Positions 17,459 to 27,200 of a stretch of 64,000 nucleotides of DNA are shown here, one piece after another (the first letter of the stretch is position 1; each line of letters begins with the position of its first letter). Source of the stretch: a virus (lineage: Duplodnaviria > Heunggongvirae > Uroviricota > Caudoviricetes). The stretch spans positions 32,001 through 96,000 of the IMG/VR virus record IMGVR_UViG_3300021255_000114; one strand, given 5' to 3'. The position numbers were made by a program, and so were the translations under genes. Below the pieces are notes generated by a model. The model made no database searches, had not been told where the DNA came from, and saw nothing but the letters and a program-made list of their open reading frames with translations.

Positions 17459-18148
17459 ATGAACGATAATAAATGCGATAATGATATTCCGCAGTGGAAA
17501 AAGGACCTCATGAAGTTTCGTGACGATTACAATGAGAAAGAAACAAATACCAAAAAGTATTCTGATACTTTAAAATATAGCAATCAGATGCTTGAAGAAT
17601 GTAAGCGTAAGAATTTTGAAAAGAACGAACCTTCGGTTGCAAAACACATCGCAGATGGCATCGATAAAGCGATTGACGAGAATAAGTGTGAAATCGAGAA
17701 ATGCGAGGAAAAAACATACCTTAAAAAGTTCGGTATTCTGACGGAGAATAAACAAACAACCAACTTTATGAATCCATTTGATAATGTTGATTTTAGTGAA
17801 TACAATGCAAACAACAGATTCTTAATTACAGTTGAGAGCGGTTTATTTAATGCAAAACCGGTTAATATCAGGTCTTTTTGGCATGATGATTTAAACAGGA
17901 TTAAAATTAATATGATTGAACCTATTGATCAGTGCCTTCCTATGTTGCTTGATACGAGTATCGATAAAGGCGTTACATATAAAATCACAAAGAGTATCAT
18001 AAAAGCCAAAGGTGAGATTGCATATTCGGTTGTATATACCGGTTGTAAAGTTATGGATTATACTGAATCAGCATTGGATTATAGTGATATAAACTTAAGA
18101 ACATTTACAATAACACTTGATTATAAAGACTATACCTATGATGTTTAA
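17459..18148 (+). CDS. Divergent tail-tube (gp19)-like protein with an N-terminal helical domain
   Basis: C-terminal half NRFLITV...IKINMIEPI...GEIAYSVVYTGCKVMDYTESALDYSDINLRTFTITLDY resembles the tube-fold signature NRF...G...w...GC......LDYS......T.TL.Y. Confidence 0.5.
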   Translation: MNDNKCDNDIPQWKKDLMKFRDDYNEKETNTKKYSDTLKYSNQMLEECKRKNFEKNEPSVAKHIADGIDKAIDENKCEIEKCEEKTYLKKFGILTENKQTTNFMNPFDNVDFSEYNANNRFLITVESGLFNAKPVNIRSFWHDDLNRIKINMIEPIDQCLPMLLDTSIDKGVTYKITKSIIKAKGEIAYSVVYTGCKVMDYTESALDYSDINLRTFTITLDYKDYTYDV

Positions 18149-19346
18149 CAGGAAAAAGGATTTAATTCAACAACATATCACCTTAAAGGAAATATTCAAA
18201 CAACACTATAGTGACTTGTCGTCTAATGAACGTAACGATGTAAGACAGGCAATTTTCGACCTTGAGGAAGTTATTTGCGATAGGTACGGGCTATGTAATA
18301 ACATATATAACCCGTATAAGTATATTTTTGCAAACGCATCATCTTCAATAGTTTCAGAGAAGATGTTGGAAATTATCGACAAACTTACAGTTAGCAATAA
18401 AGATTTGCTTATTACAAAAACACGCGCTTGCGGGGTTACTAATATATTGGCTACATTTGTTATGTGGACATGCCTCAACGAGAAACCAAAGGATACGGAT
18501 ACCATTTGGGTTGTAACACCAAATTGGAGCATGTCTGAGGAATTCAACGAAAAGTTAAGAATAAAACTATCTAATATAGGAAACAAGCCATCGATATGCA
18601 ATAAGAAAGAAATCGAATTCAATGATTGGAAAATCCGATTCATGACTACAAACGGTGATTTTAGGAATATAGTTAATGAAAAGAAACCATATATGATTGT
18701 TATGGACGAAGTTAATTTTGATTTAAATAGGAAATTGAATTTTGAAGCCCTGCTGCGTGATTATTATTCCAACGTTCGTGTGATTGAGGCTATGACACGC
18801 AGGGATGACGAAATTAATCGATATATTAGGGATGGTCATAAGGTAAAAAGAATTGGAAGTGTAAACATCCAATGGTTTCACGACCTTAAAAAATGTAAAG
18901 GTTTGAGATTTGAACGAACACTTAAAGGAATTGAAAATATAATCAGGATATCAGAGGAAGATATCCCAACGGTTGTCGGTAATGATGATTATCTTTATAG
19001 GATGTTCGAAGAGGGTTGGAGATTGAATAGTGATTGGCTCGAAAATTGGGATAAAATGCACATTAAAGAATATGGTGATGAAGACAAAGCAGTTGAACCT
19101 GTATCAAAGTCTGAAATTATTTCAGCAATAAACAAGGCCGTGACAGAACTCTGTGAAATAACAGATTTTAAAGTATATACTTCAAACACATATGCCGGAA
19201 TTGTTGAATTTTTCAAGAATTGTGAGACGATTGAAGATGTTGAGAATATGAAGAAGAAACTGATGGCATTAATAAATCCGGTTGGAAAAAAGAAGGAAAA
19301 CATAAATGGATATGTGAATTTATTGAAGGACGTTTTTGAACTTTAA
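18138..19346 (+). CDS. Terminase large subunit ATPase-like protein without a nuclease domain
   Basis: LLITKTRACGVT (compare KxRQxGxT/S), WVVTPNWSMSEEF, KKEIEFNDWKIRF and YMIVMDE (Walker B). Only about 400 aa. Start moved to the ATG at 18138. Confidence 0.55.
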   Translation: MMFNRKKDLIQQHITLKEIFKQHYSDLSSNERNDVRQAIFDLEEVICDRYGLCNNIYNPYKYIFANASSSIVSEKMLEIIDKLTVSNKDLLITKTRACGVTNILATFVMWTCLNEKPKDTDTIWVVTPNWSMSEEFNEKLRIKLSNIGNKPSICNKKEIEFNDWKIRFMTTNGDFRNIVNEKKPYMIVMDEVNFDLNRKLNFEALLRDYYSNVRVIEAMTRRDDEINRYIRDGHKVKRIGSVNIQWFHDLKKCKGLRFERTLKGIENIIRISEEDIPTVVGNDDYLYRMFEEGWRLNSDWLENWDKMHIKEYGDEDKAVEPVSKSEIISAINKAVTELCEITDFKVYTSNTYAGIVEFFKNCETIEDVENMKKKLMALINPVGKKKENINGYVNLLKDVFEL

Positions 19347-19379
19347 ACTATATATATTTTAGCAAACACACATTAGATT

Positions 19380-21017
19380 ATGTCAACAAGGGAAGAAAAA
19401 GAAAAACAGCAGCAGATTTTGGAATCAAAACGCCAAATGACCAATTCCAATGCTGAAAAAAGCCAAAGGGATAAAGAGGTCATTGCATTGAAGGCCGCAA
19501 ACCAAATGCTTGAAGATGCAAAGGAAAATATCCGTGAGAAATGGCACGATGATCCATCAACAATGAATCGTCTTCTTGGATATATTGATAATGCAGAGGA
19601 ACAGAATATTGAAAAGGGCCGTTACCAATACAACGCATCTGAGGCCGAAATCAATAATTCAACATACAACGAGGTCTCGAAGTCTTGGGAGGAAAAATAT
19701 CAGAAACATCTTGAGAATAAGGGTATTACTGACGAGGAAATGCGTGCTAAATCAAGTGATGACGCAGCAGGTAAAGGTGTTAAAGTAATTATGAGTTCTA
19801 ATAGCAAGAAGGAAAAAGAAGGAAAGTGGTTTTCATTCAGGAAGAAGAAACCAGAAGTTGACAATAATGGTGAAGAAATCATAACCGAAATAGATAATGC
19901 CAAACGTACTCAAATAGGAAACGGTTACATTCCGGATACCGAAGAGGATAATGTTTCACCTGAAAAATTCATGAAGGAAATGGAACAGAAAGTTGAAAAA
20001 CAGAAAAACAATACATCAAACGATGAAAATGCAACAAAACCTATTGTTGATGTAAATGATAAAATCGAACAAAAACTCGATATCAAGGAACGTAGCAAAG
20101 TTTATGAATATCCTGAGTTTGATCCGTTAACCGTAAACCCGTTGACCCGATATGACATTATTGAATTACCATCACATGGAGAATGTTATGCACATAAGAA
20201 GGGACGTATTCCTGTAAGGGAACTTACTGCATCGGACGAGAATTTGATTGCTTCACCTAATATGTACGCAAACGGTCAATTGATTGAAACAATCCTTAGA
20301 AGATGTATTCTGGATAAGAATTTCAATGTTGATGAAATGTGCACCGGTGATAGGGATGCGGTTGTCATGTGGCTAAGGGCAACGGCATATGGCCCGGAAT
20401 ATAATGTTTCGGCTGTTAATCCGGATAATGGAAAAACATATAAAAGTACAATTAACTTATCCGATTTCCAGTTTAAAGTATTTGACCTGAAGGGTGACGA
20501 GAACGGTTATTTTGACTACACATTTGAGAATGGTGATGTTGCAAAATTCAAGATTCTTTCGTTTAAGGAAACCAATAAATTACAAGAAGATATTGCATTA
20601 CAATATATTAATCAGAAAAAATATACTGTTTACCAAAAGATAAAAGATATTAAATATCAAGTTGATGAAGTATTCAAAAACGAAACTGGTGATGAAATAT
20701 TGAATGACGCAATTGACTATATTTATGATTGGGCTAACAATGATTCACTTATAAAAGATGAAAATACGTTATATAGTAATTTCATGACTAGTTCTTTGAC
20801 AAAAAGGACTATTTCAATAAATGGAATTGAAGACTCGGAGTATATTGAAAATTATATCAATGAACTGCGAATTGCTGAATCAAAAAAATATCGCGAATAT
20901 ATATTCAGTCACAATCCGGGTATTGACTTTTCAATTACTATGGAAATTCCTGAGTCGGATGGAGGCGGCTCCTTTGAGTCTACCTTTCAGTACGGAGAGA
21001 CTATATTCATTTCTTAA
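19380..21017 (+). CDS. T4 gp26-like baseplate hub/tail assembly chaperone with a ~250-aa N-terminal extension
   Basis: YDIIELPSHGECY...VRELTASDENLI...GDRDAVVMWLRATAYGPEY...INLSD...PGIDF; lies immediately upstream of the tape measure gene. Confidence 0.75.
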   Translation: MSTREEKEKQQQILESKRQMTNSNAEKSQRDKEVIALKAANQMLEDAKENIREKWHDDPSTMNRLLGYIDNAEEQNIEKGRYQYNASEAEINNSTYNEVSKSWEEKYQKHLENKGITDEEMRAKSSDDAAGKGVKVIMSSNSKKEKEGKWFSFRKKKPEVDNNGEEIITEIDNAKRTQIGNGYIPDTEEDNVSPEKFMKEMEQKVEKQKNNTSNDENATKPIVDVNDKIEQKLDIKERSKVYEYPEFDPLTVNPLTRYDIIELPSHGECYAHKKGRIPVRELTASDENLIASPNMYANGQLIETILRRCILDKNFNVDEMCTGDRDAVVMWLRATAYGPEYNVSAVNPDNGKTYKSTINLSDFQFKVFDLKGDENGYFDYTFENGDVAKFKILSFKETNKLQEDIALQYINQKKYTVYQKIKDIKYQVDEVFKNETGDEILNDAIDYIYDWANNDSLIKDENTLYSNFMTSSLTKRTISINGIEDSEYIENYINELRIAESKKYREYIFSHNPGIDFSITMEIPESDGGGSFESTFQYGETIFIS

Positions 21018-21183
21018 AGAATTTAATGAACGCCATTTTAAAAACGAAATATGGTTATGTCATGAGTTCATGGAAATGGATATGAAAGATGTATATAATA
21101 TTCCTGTAAGTGATAGAAGAGAATTTATAAAGATTCATAATAAAATTGGAAGGGAACGTAAAGAAAAAATGGGCGGAAAATAA
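21010..21183 (+). CDS. Short gp51/gpT-like coding region in the +1 frame overlapping the chaperone stop
   Basis: FLKEFNERHFKNEIWLCHEFMEMDMKDVYNIPVSDRREFIKIHNK... resembles the small partner protein (motif ...d...mP..eR..fi). The true start is uncertain. Confidence 0.55.
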   Translation, partial: FLKEFNERHFKNEIWLCHEFMEMDMKDVYNIPVSDRREFIKIHNKIGRERKEKMGGK

Positions 21184-21201
21184 TTGAAAAACCGCCCTTT
21201 T
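21171..21201 (+). terminator. Terminator-like hairpin
   Basis: GGGCGG...CCGCCC-TTTT. Confidence 0.6.
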
Positions 21202-21203
21202 AC

Positions 21204-21211
21204 TATTTATA
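21204..21211 (+). promoter_or_regulatory. Putative late promoter TATTTATA
   Basis: Exact octamer between the hairpin and the tape measure ATG. Confidence 0.55.
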
Positions 21212-21232
21212 AAAAAGACTATTTGGGTTTAT

Positions 21233-24184
21233 ATGGCTAAAACAATAGAAGATCTGGCTAATGAAATGAGTGCGCTGGCAGATGCAATAAATAGAAATAC
21301 AGCTGCAACAGATGCGGAACGTAAACAACTCGAGAAGGATGAATTAGAAATGAGTCGTTTTGAGGGTAAGGCCGGGTCTATGTTTGATAGACAAACTACT
21401 TTAAATAAAAGGTCATGGCAAGACAAAAGGAAAAAAAAATTCATCAATTCTTTAAAAAATAACGATAAAGCAGATGCCCAAAAAATAATAAAGGGTACTA
21501 AAGCAGCAAATTATGCCGGAATGATAGCTGGTGTCGCCACAGATGCCGCAAAAAAAATTGCTGATTTTGTGGTCAAAATGAAGGAGTTCGAAATTAAAGA
21601 ACAAAACATTAAACTTCAAGCTGCCGCAAAAAGCATGGAAGTGCAAAATGCTTTATATGGCTCTGCAATAAGTAAAGCAGTTTCTATCGGAGCTAATACA
21701 TTAGTTGGTGATATTAAAGATAGTACGTATTCTGCGATGGAAAATGTGATGGAGTTAGGAAAGCAAAATTTAACTTCAACCATTGAATTGTCAAGAATAC
21801 AATTTGATAAAGAAACAGATTTAAACATTAACGCAATACAGAAAAAGGCTGCTCAAGTAGGTGCTGTTGCCGATACGGTGTCCGGAGTACTGGAGGCAAT
21901 ACCAAATCCATATACAATGGTAATTGGTTCGGCAGTTTCTATAGCAAATTCCATTTTTCAGGCGTCAGCAGAAATTGATATTAAAAAAGCAGAGTTTGCA
22001 AAGGAAGCCAAGTCAGTTTTAAGTAATTTTCAGAAGGATATTATTGATAAAACTTATGAAGCAGTTAAACCAATTCTTGACTTAACAAAAAGTGTTGATA
22101 AATTGTTAATGGAACTTGACAATAATGCACACATTGTGGGACGGGGTTTTGGTTTTTACGGTAGGCAATTAGATAATTATATCAATGCTTCGTCAAAATT
22201 AAATCTTGATATGGCTGAAATGGGTAAAACATTTGAGGATTTGAAAAAATCACAAGAGGCATATGTATCAGCCAGTGGACGTAATCTTTTGATGAATGGT
22301 AAAGAAGGTCAACAATTATCATCATTAGATACCTTATTTAATTTAGGTGATAATGAGACGGCACAATTGATGGGCGCAATGAATATTTTCAACACCTCTA
22401 TTGAGAGCGGTTCGGATATGATGTTTGAAATGTACAAAACCGCGAATAAAATGGGTGTTTCAAATCAGAAGTTTGCTAAAGATTTGCAAAAAAATCTTAA
22501 ACTTGCCGAAAAATATCAATTCAAAGGTGGCGTCGAAGGTATGATGAAAATGTCATTATGGGCACAAAAAGTTCGTTTTAACATGGATAGTTTATCAGCA
22601 GCTCTTGATAAAATGCATACAGGTAATATAGAGGATGTTATTCAAACAAGTGCCCGTCTTAATGTTCTTGGTGGCAATGCAGGATTACTATCAGATCCAA
22701 TGGCCATGTTGTATAATGCTTATGCTGATCCGGAACAGTATGCAAAAAACATGCAGCAAATGGTTGCTGGATTTGGTCATTTTAATAGTAAAACCGGTGA
22801 AACTGAATTCAATATTAATGAACAAATGCGTATGGAGGCTATGGCTTCTGCTATGGGTGTCTCTAAAGAAGAATTCTTTAATATGGCACGTCAAACCAAA
22901 AAAGAAGGCGTTTTAAAAAAAGAATTTGGAAATCGTTTTGATCAAGATCAAATGGATTTACTTACTCAACATGCAACATATGATAGAAAAAATAAAGAAT
23001 GGGTTGTTAATGTTGTTGGTAAAAATGGGGAGGTTGAGCAAAAAAGTGTAAATGATTTAAATGATGATGATTTAAAAAGTATATTTCCTGAAGATACACA
23101 AGAGCAATTAGTAGAGTACACTAAGGGGATATATAGTTTACTACAGGAGCAACATGTTGTTGAAGCCACAAATAAGGCTGAGATAATGGATAGAACACAG
23201 AAAACGCATAAAACTGAAACACTTAGACAACATGGAATAACAGCGTCACACTATGAGAATAATATGGATGCTTATACTAAAGAGATTCAAAAAGGTTTTC
23301 GATTTTCTACAAATTCATTAGAAGCATCTTTACAGATGACTGAGGAACTCTTAAATAATATCGATGAAAACGGTTCATTAACTGATAAATATTATAAAGC
23401 ATCATTAACCAGTGTTCAACAAATATCAGGGCAAATAGTAACATTTCAGGATGCTATGGGTAATATGTTGGAAAATAATTTTCAGGCTGTGTTGGATGCA
23501 ATGGCGGTTTTGAATCCCGATGCTGCCGCAGAATTTCAAGCAGGTAGTTTATATTCTGAAATTCAAGCAATGAAAAATGCGGATAAAGTTGAAGATTATG
23601 AGTCTGTATTAGGAAGACGTGTTGGAATGAGTGGTTCAAAAGCATATGATATTGTTAAAAAGATGAATTATGATGTAGATGAAATGAACGGGATTTATGG
23701 AAGAACTGATGATGATAGAATGATGGCTAGTATGCTGGCTGATCCTGAAGTTTATGGGCATAAAATCAATGGTGTTGAATATATTTTTAGACATGGTGCC
23801 GCTATTTTGGACGATAATAATCAAATGTTGAAGGTTCCTAGAGAATTTGTTGGTAAATTAAAAAGAGCAAATGATTTAATTATATCACCAAAACATGGTA
23901 TTTTCCAATTAGATCCTGAAGATACAATTACTGCAAGTAAACCAGGTGGTTCATTAGACCGTGCGGAACAGCGTATAAACAGAAGTCCCGAAAATCTTAA
24001 TTTAACCGTAAATGGGACATTAACATTATCAACTGGTAAACAAAGTATAGATTTATTAGATGTATTAAGAAACGACCCGAATGCCTTAAGAGAGTTGGCA
24101 AAGGAAATCATTGTTGAAGGCAGCAGAACGACATTCGGTGGCAAACATCAATGGGCTCCAAACCGTTACACATTTGGAAATTAA
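21233..24184 (+). CDS. Tape measure protein
   Basis: 983 aa, helical and A/K/M-rich, between the chaperone and baseplate genes; C-terminal DLIISPKHG...DTITASKPGG. Confidence 0.8.
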   Translation: MAKTIEDLANEMSALADAINRNTAATDAERKQLEKDELEMSRFEGKAGSMFDRQTTLNKRSWQDKRKKKFINSLKNNDKADAQKIIKGTKAANYAGMIAGVATDAAKKIADFVVKMKEFEIKEQNIKLQAAAKSMEVQNALYGSAISKAVSIGANTLVGDIKDSTYSAMENVMELGKQNLTSTIELSRIQFDKETDLNINAIQKKAAQVGAVADTVSGVLEAIPNPYTMVIGSAVSIANSIFQASAEIDIKKAEFAKEAKSVLSNFQKDIIDKTYEAVKPILDLTKSVDKLLMELDNNAHIVGRGFGFYGRQLDNYINASSKLNLDMAEMGKTFEDLKKSQEAYVSASGRNLLMNGKEGQQLSSLDTLFNLGDNETAQLMGAMNIFNTSIESGSDMMFEMYKTANKMGVSNQKFAKDLQKNLKLAEKYQFKGGVEGMMKMSLWAQKVRFNMDSLSAALDKMHTGNIEDVIQTSARLNVLGGNAGLLSDPMAMLYNAYADPEQYAKNMQQMVAGFGHFNSKTGETEFNINEQMRMEAMASAMGVSKEEFFNMARQTKKEGVLKKEFGNRFDQDQMDLLTQHATYDRKNKEWVVNVVGKNGEVEQKSVNDLNDDDLKSIFPEDTQEQLVEYTKGIYSLLQEQHVVEATNKAEIMDRTQKTHKTETLRQHGITASHYENNMDAYTKEIQKGFRFSTNSLEASLQMTEELLNNIDENGSLTDKYYKASLTSVQQISGQIVTFQDAMGNMLENNFQAVLDAMAVLNPDAAAEFQAGSLYSEIQAMKNADKVEDYESVLGRRVGMSGSKAYDIVKKMNYDVDEMNGIYGRTDDDRMMASMLADPEVYGHKINGVEYIFRHGAAILDDNNQMLKVPREFVGKLKRANDLIISPKHGIFQLDPEDTITASKPGGSLDRAEQRINRSPENLNLTVNGTLTLSTGKQSIDLLDVLRNDPNALRELAKEIIVEGSRTTFGGKHQWAPNRYTFGN

Positions 24185-24212
24185 TAAATAGAATTAAAAG
24201 AAAGAATATATA

Positions 24213-27200
24213 ATGCCAACAGTCAATGAATTAACAAACATAACCAATGGTGTTATCGATAGTACAGGTAATACCATTATCAATGCATTTAATACTATGT
24301 CTGATGCTCTTAATGCTGGAGGTGATTTCGTTACATTTGGTAGCAATGACAGACGGCAAGGGTATCTTGGTTTAATTCTCGGGCCAATATATGATGCCGT
24401 GTGGCAGAACTTATCGGTTATAATCACTACTATGCTCGGAATGGAAATTGGTGATTATTGTAATTTCAATGATAGAATGTACGGTTATATGACACGTTTG
24501 ATGTTGATTAATCTTTGGGAGCATAACACAACGTTGGCAATGTTATGTGAAAGCGGTTCAAATCAAGCAAACGCTAATAGTCAGACTATCACGCACGAAG
24601 CACAAATCCCTCCATATACGAGAGGAAACAACTACCTTGAGAATGTAAGGGGAATTATAGCAGGGGAAAGTGTCGGCGAACATTCGACCACGATGGATAT
24701 TCCTGAAGGCCCGTATTACAAAACCATTAACCGTTTTCCCGACGACAACAATCAACGTGCTGATGATTTTACTAATGGTGATGTGTGGAGTCTATCTGAC
24801 CCGAATTCCATCTTAACAAAAACAAAATGTTTATTCAGACAAAGGAAAATCAAATCCCTCATTTCCCGTTTCGGAACAAATGCAGATTCTAATCCGAAAG
24901 AAACACGGATACCTGAAGAAGGCAATGCACGTACGAGATTTGGATTGTCGCACGGTCGCAACCTTTTAACCAAAGACGCTGAAGAGGGTGGCACTGGTTA
25001 TAATAGAAACGGATACAACAACCCATATTGCAGGGTTTGGACACATCATTACCAATATGATAAGTACAATAAAACCATGCGCCCATTTGAGAACACGCAT
25101 GAGGAAATACGGCATTCTCATTTTTTGGGAGAGAAGTTTGGTGACTTTACACCTGATACAATCGATAAATTTAATTGGAAAGCCGGCAGTGCTCGATGGG
25201 ATAAAACCGTTCTTAATGGACGCGGTGATGGGTTAATCAATATAACTCCACATTTTTCTGGAGGAGGTGGAAATAATATACACTCTAAAGATTGTATGTT
25301 CTCTATTGAGAATCTTGCTTGGAAAGACTATAATCCGTATTCATTTGAAAAAGCCCTTTCCTGGGAACAACGTGGCCCTCTTGGTGGAAGGATTATGTGG
25401 TTTCCGCCATATGGTTTGACATTCAATGAAACATCACAGGCGCAGTGGAATGCCAATACATTTATTGGCCGTGGAGAGGATGTATACACTTATGTCAATA
25501 CAAAACGTACCGGTACATTGCAATTTTATCTTATCGTCGACCACCCGTCAATTCTCGACTATGTCTCATGGTATGAGGCCAACAGGGATAAAGTAAAAGA
25601 TACTGACATTCTGCGCTATTTTGCAGGATGTGACCCTAACAACCCAGACGATACTAATAGTTTATTGCACTATGCGCAACCGACACCTTTAACCGATGAA
25701 GGGTATGTTGGTAATAAACTAGGTGAGCCCAAAAACGCGGAAATAATAAATGCAAAGAAGACACCGTCCGGCAAAGAGGAGAAAGTTGAGTTTTTTGTTT
25801 ATTTCCCTAATAACTATTCAGGTATTTTTGATATCGGAAGTGTTGAGAATGGTGGAAATGCACTTGGTGCTGATTTTGTCATTGAGTATTTGTTGAGTGG
25901 TACTAATGCACAAGAAGAATACACCATAGACACCCAAACTAACGAGATAACCAAGAGCCTTAAAAATTTTACCTCGGCTAAGGAGGATATGACAGGCCCG
26001 GGTTATGAAATGGCCGGTGATACGGGTATTACAATTAACAATGAAGCAAAATATGGGATTATCGGCAATAAATATCCTTGGCGCAAAAACAAAGGCCAAA
26101 AATACATACCGGACAGTAATAAAATATGGCGTTACAGAATTGACGGAACTTATTCCGTACCTGGAACAGACAACATTAATAAATTAAACAATATATATTC
26201 CAACACATATGCTCAAACATTGTCTAATTCAGATTCATATAAAGACATCAACAATGAGCATTTGAATTGCAGTTTGGAAAAGCAAGGGGAAAATTATAAC
26301 GGAAGCATACCTGATACGGCATACACATTCACTGAGGTTGTACAGGCTATTGCTGAACTTAGTAAGAAAGAGATGATTATTAACTTCTTTCAGAACAACC
26401 CTAACATAAATAATTCCAACAGGGTTGCTTATTTGAAAGAGATATTTAGTGGTATAAGTTCGAACGGCAAAAAGACAAGCCTTCAACATATGAATTTTCA
26501 TGGCTACTCCAACAGCCATGGCTCAAATGAAAGCCAAAATATAAACGACGAGAGGAACAGAATACTTGCTGATGGTAGGGCTCAGACTATCAAAACGTGG
26601 CTATGCGAAGCAATGGCCAAATATAAATGGAATGAAACAGATGGTAATCTCTACACAACACCATCCAAAAAAGTAAACACACGTAATGAGAATGACCTTG
26701 AAGCAAAACGTTATAGAGCAACTAAATGTGTATTGGTATTCAGAGAGGATGAAACGGTTGATGCAACTGAAGTCGAAGAAAAGGATAATACTGACACACT
26801 CGCCTTTTATGAGGACGAAGGACAGAAATTCGGAGGAGAACAGGTCTATAGGCTTGCAAAAGATGACGGTTCAAAATGGGTGAAACTTAAAAATGGCCAG
26901 ATGGCAAAAATTGACGAAAACCAGGATATCAAAGATTACGCTGATGAACAGTTTTGGCTTGATGTTATGAACGGAAAATACGCAGATTGGGAGGTTAATG
27001 CTATGAAGTATGATACCGGGCCAACTGGTGAAGATTCATTTAATAATTTTTCGTTATTTAATAAAGTCAGGTACGACCAGGAATACCATTTCTTTAAAAG
27101 GGTCCAGAAGGAAACACCGTTAATCTATCAAAATTTGATGGACAAGATTAAATACTTTGATCCGGCATTTCATTCAATGACCCCTGAAGGATTCAATGCA

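Noticed and set aside
20821-21009. Independent 120-aa protein starting at 20821
   Set aside because: The first ~63 codons overlap the conserved chaperone C-terminus in another frame. Only the part past about 21010 looks protein-like.
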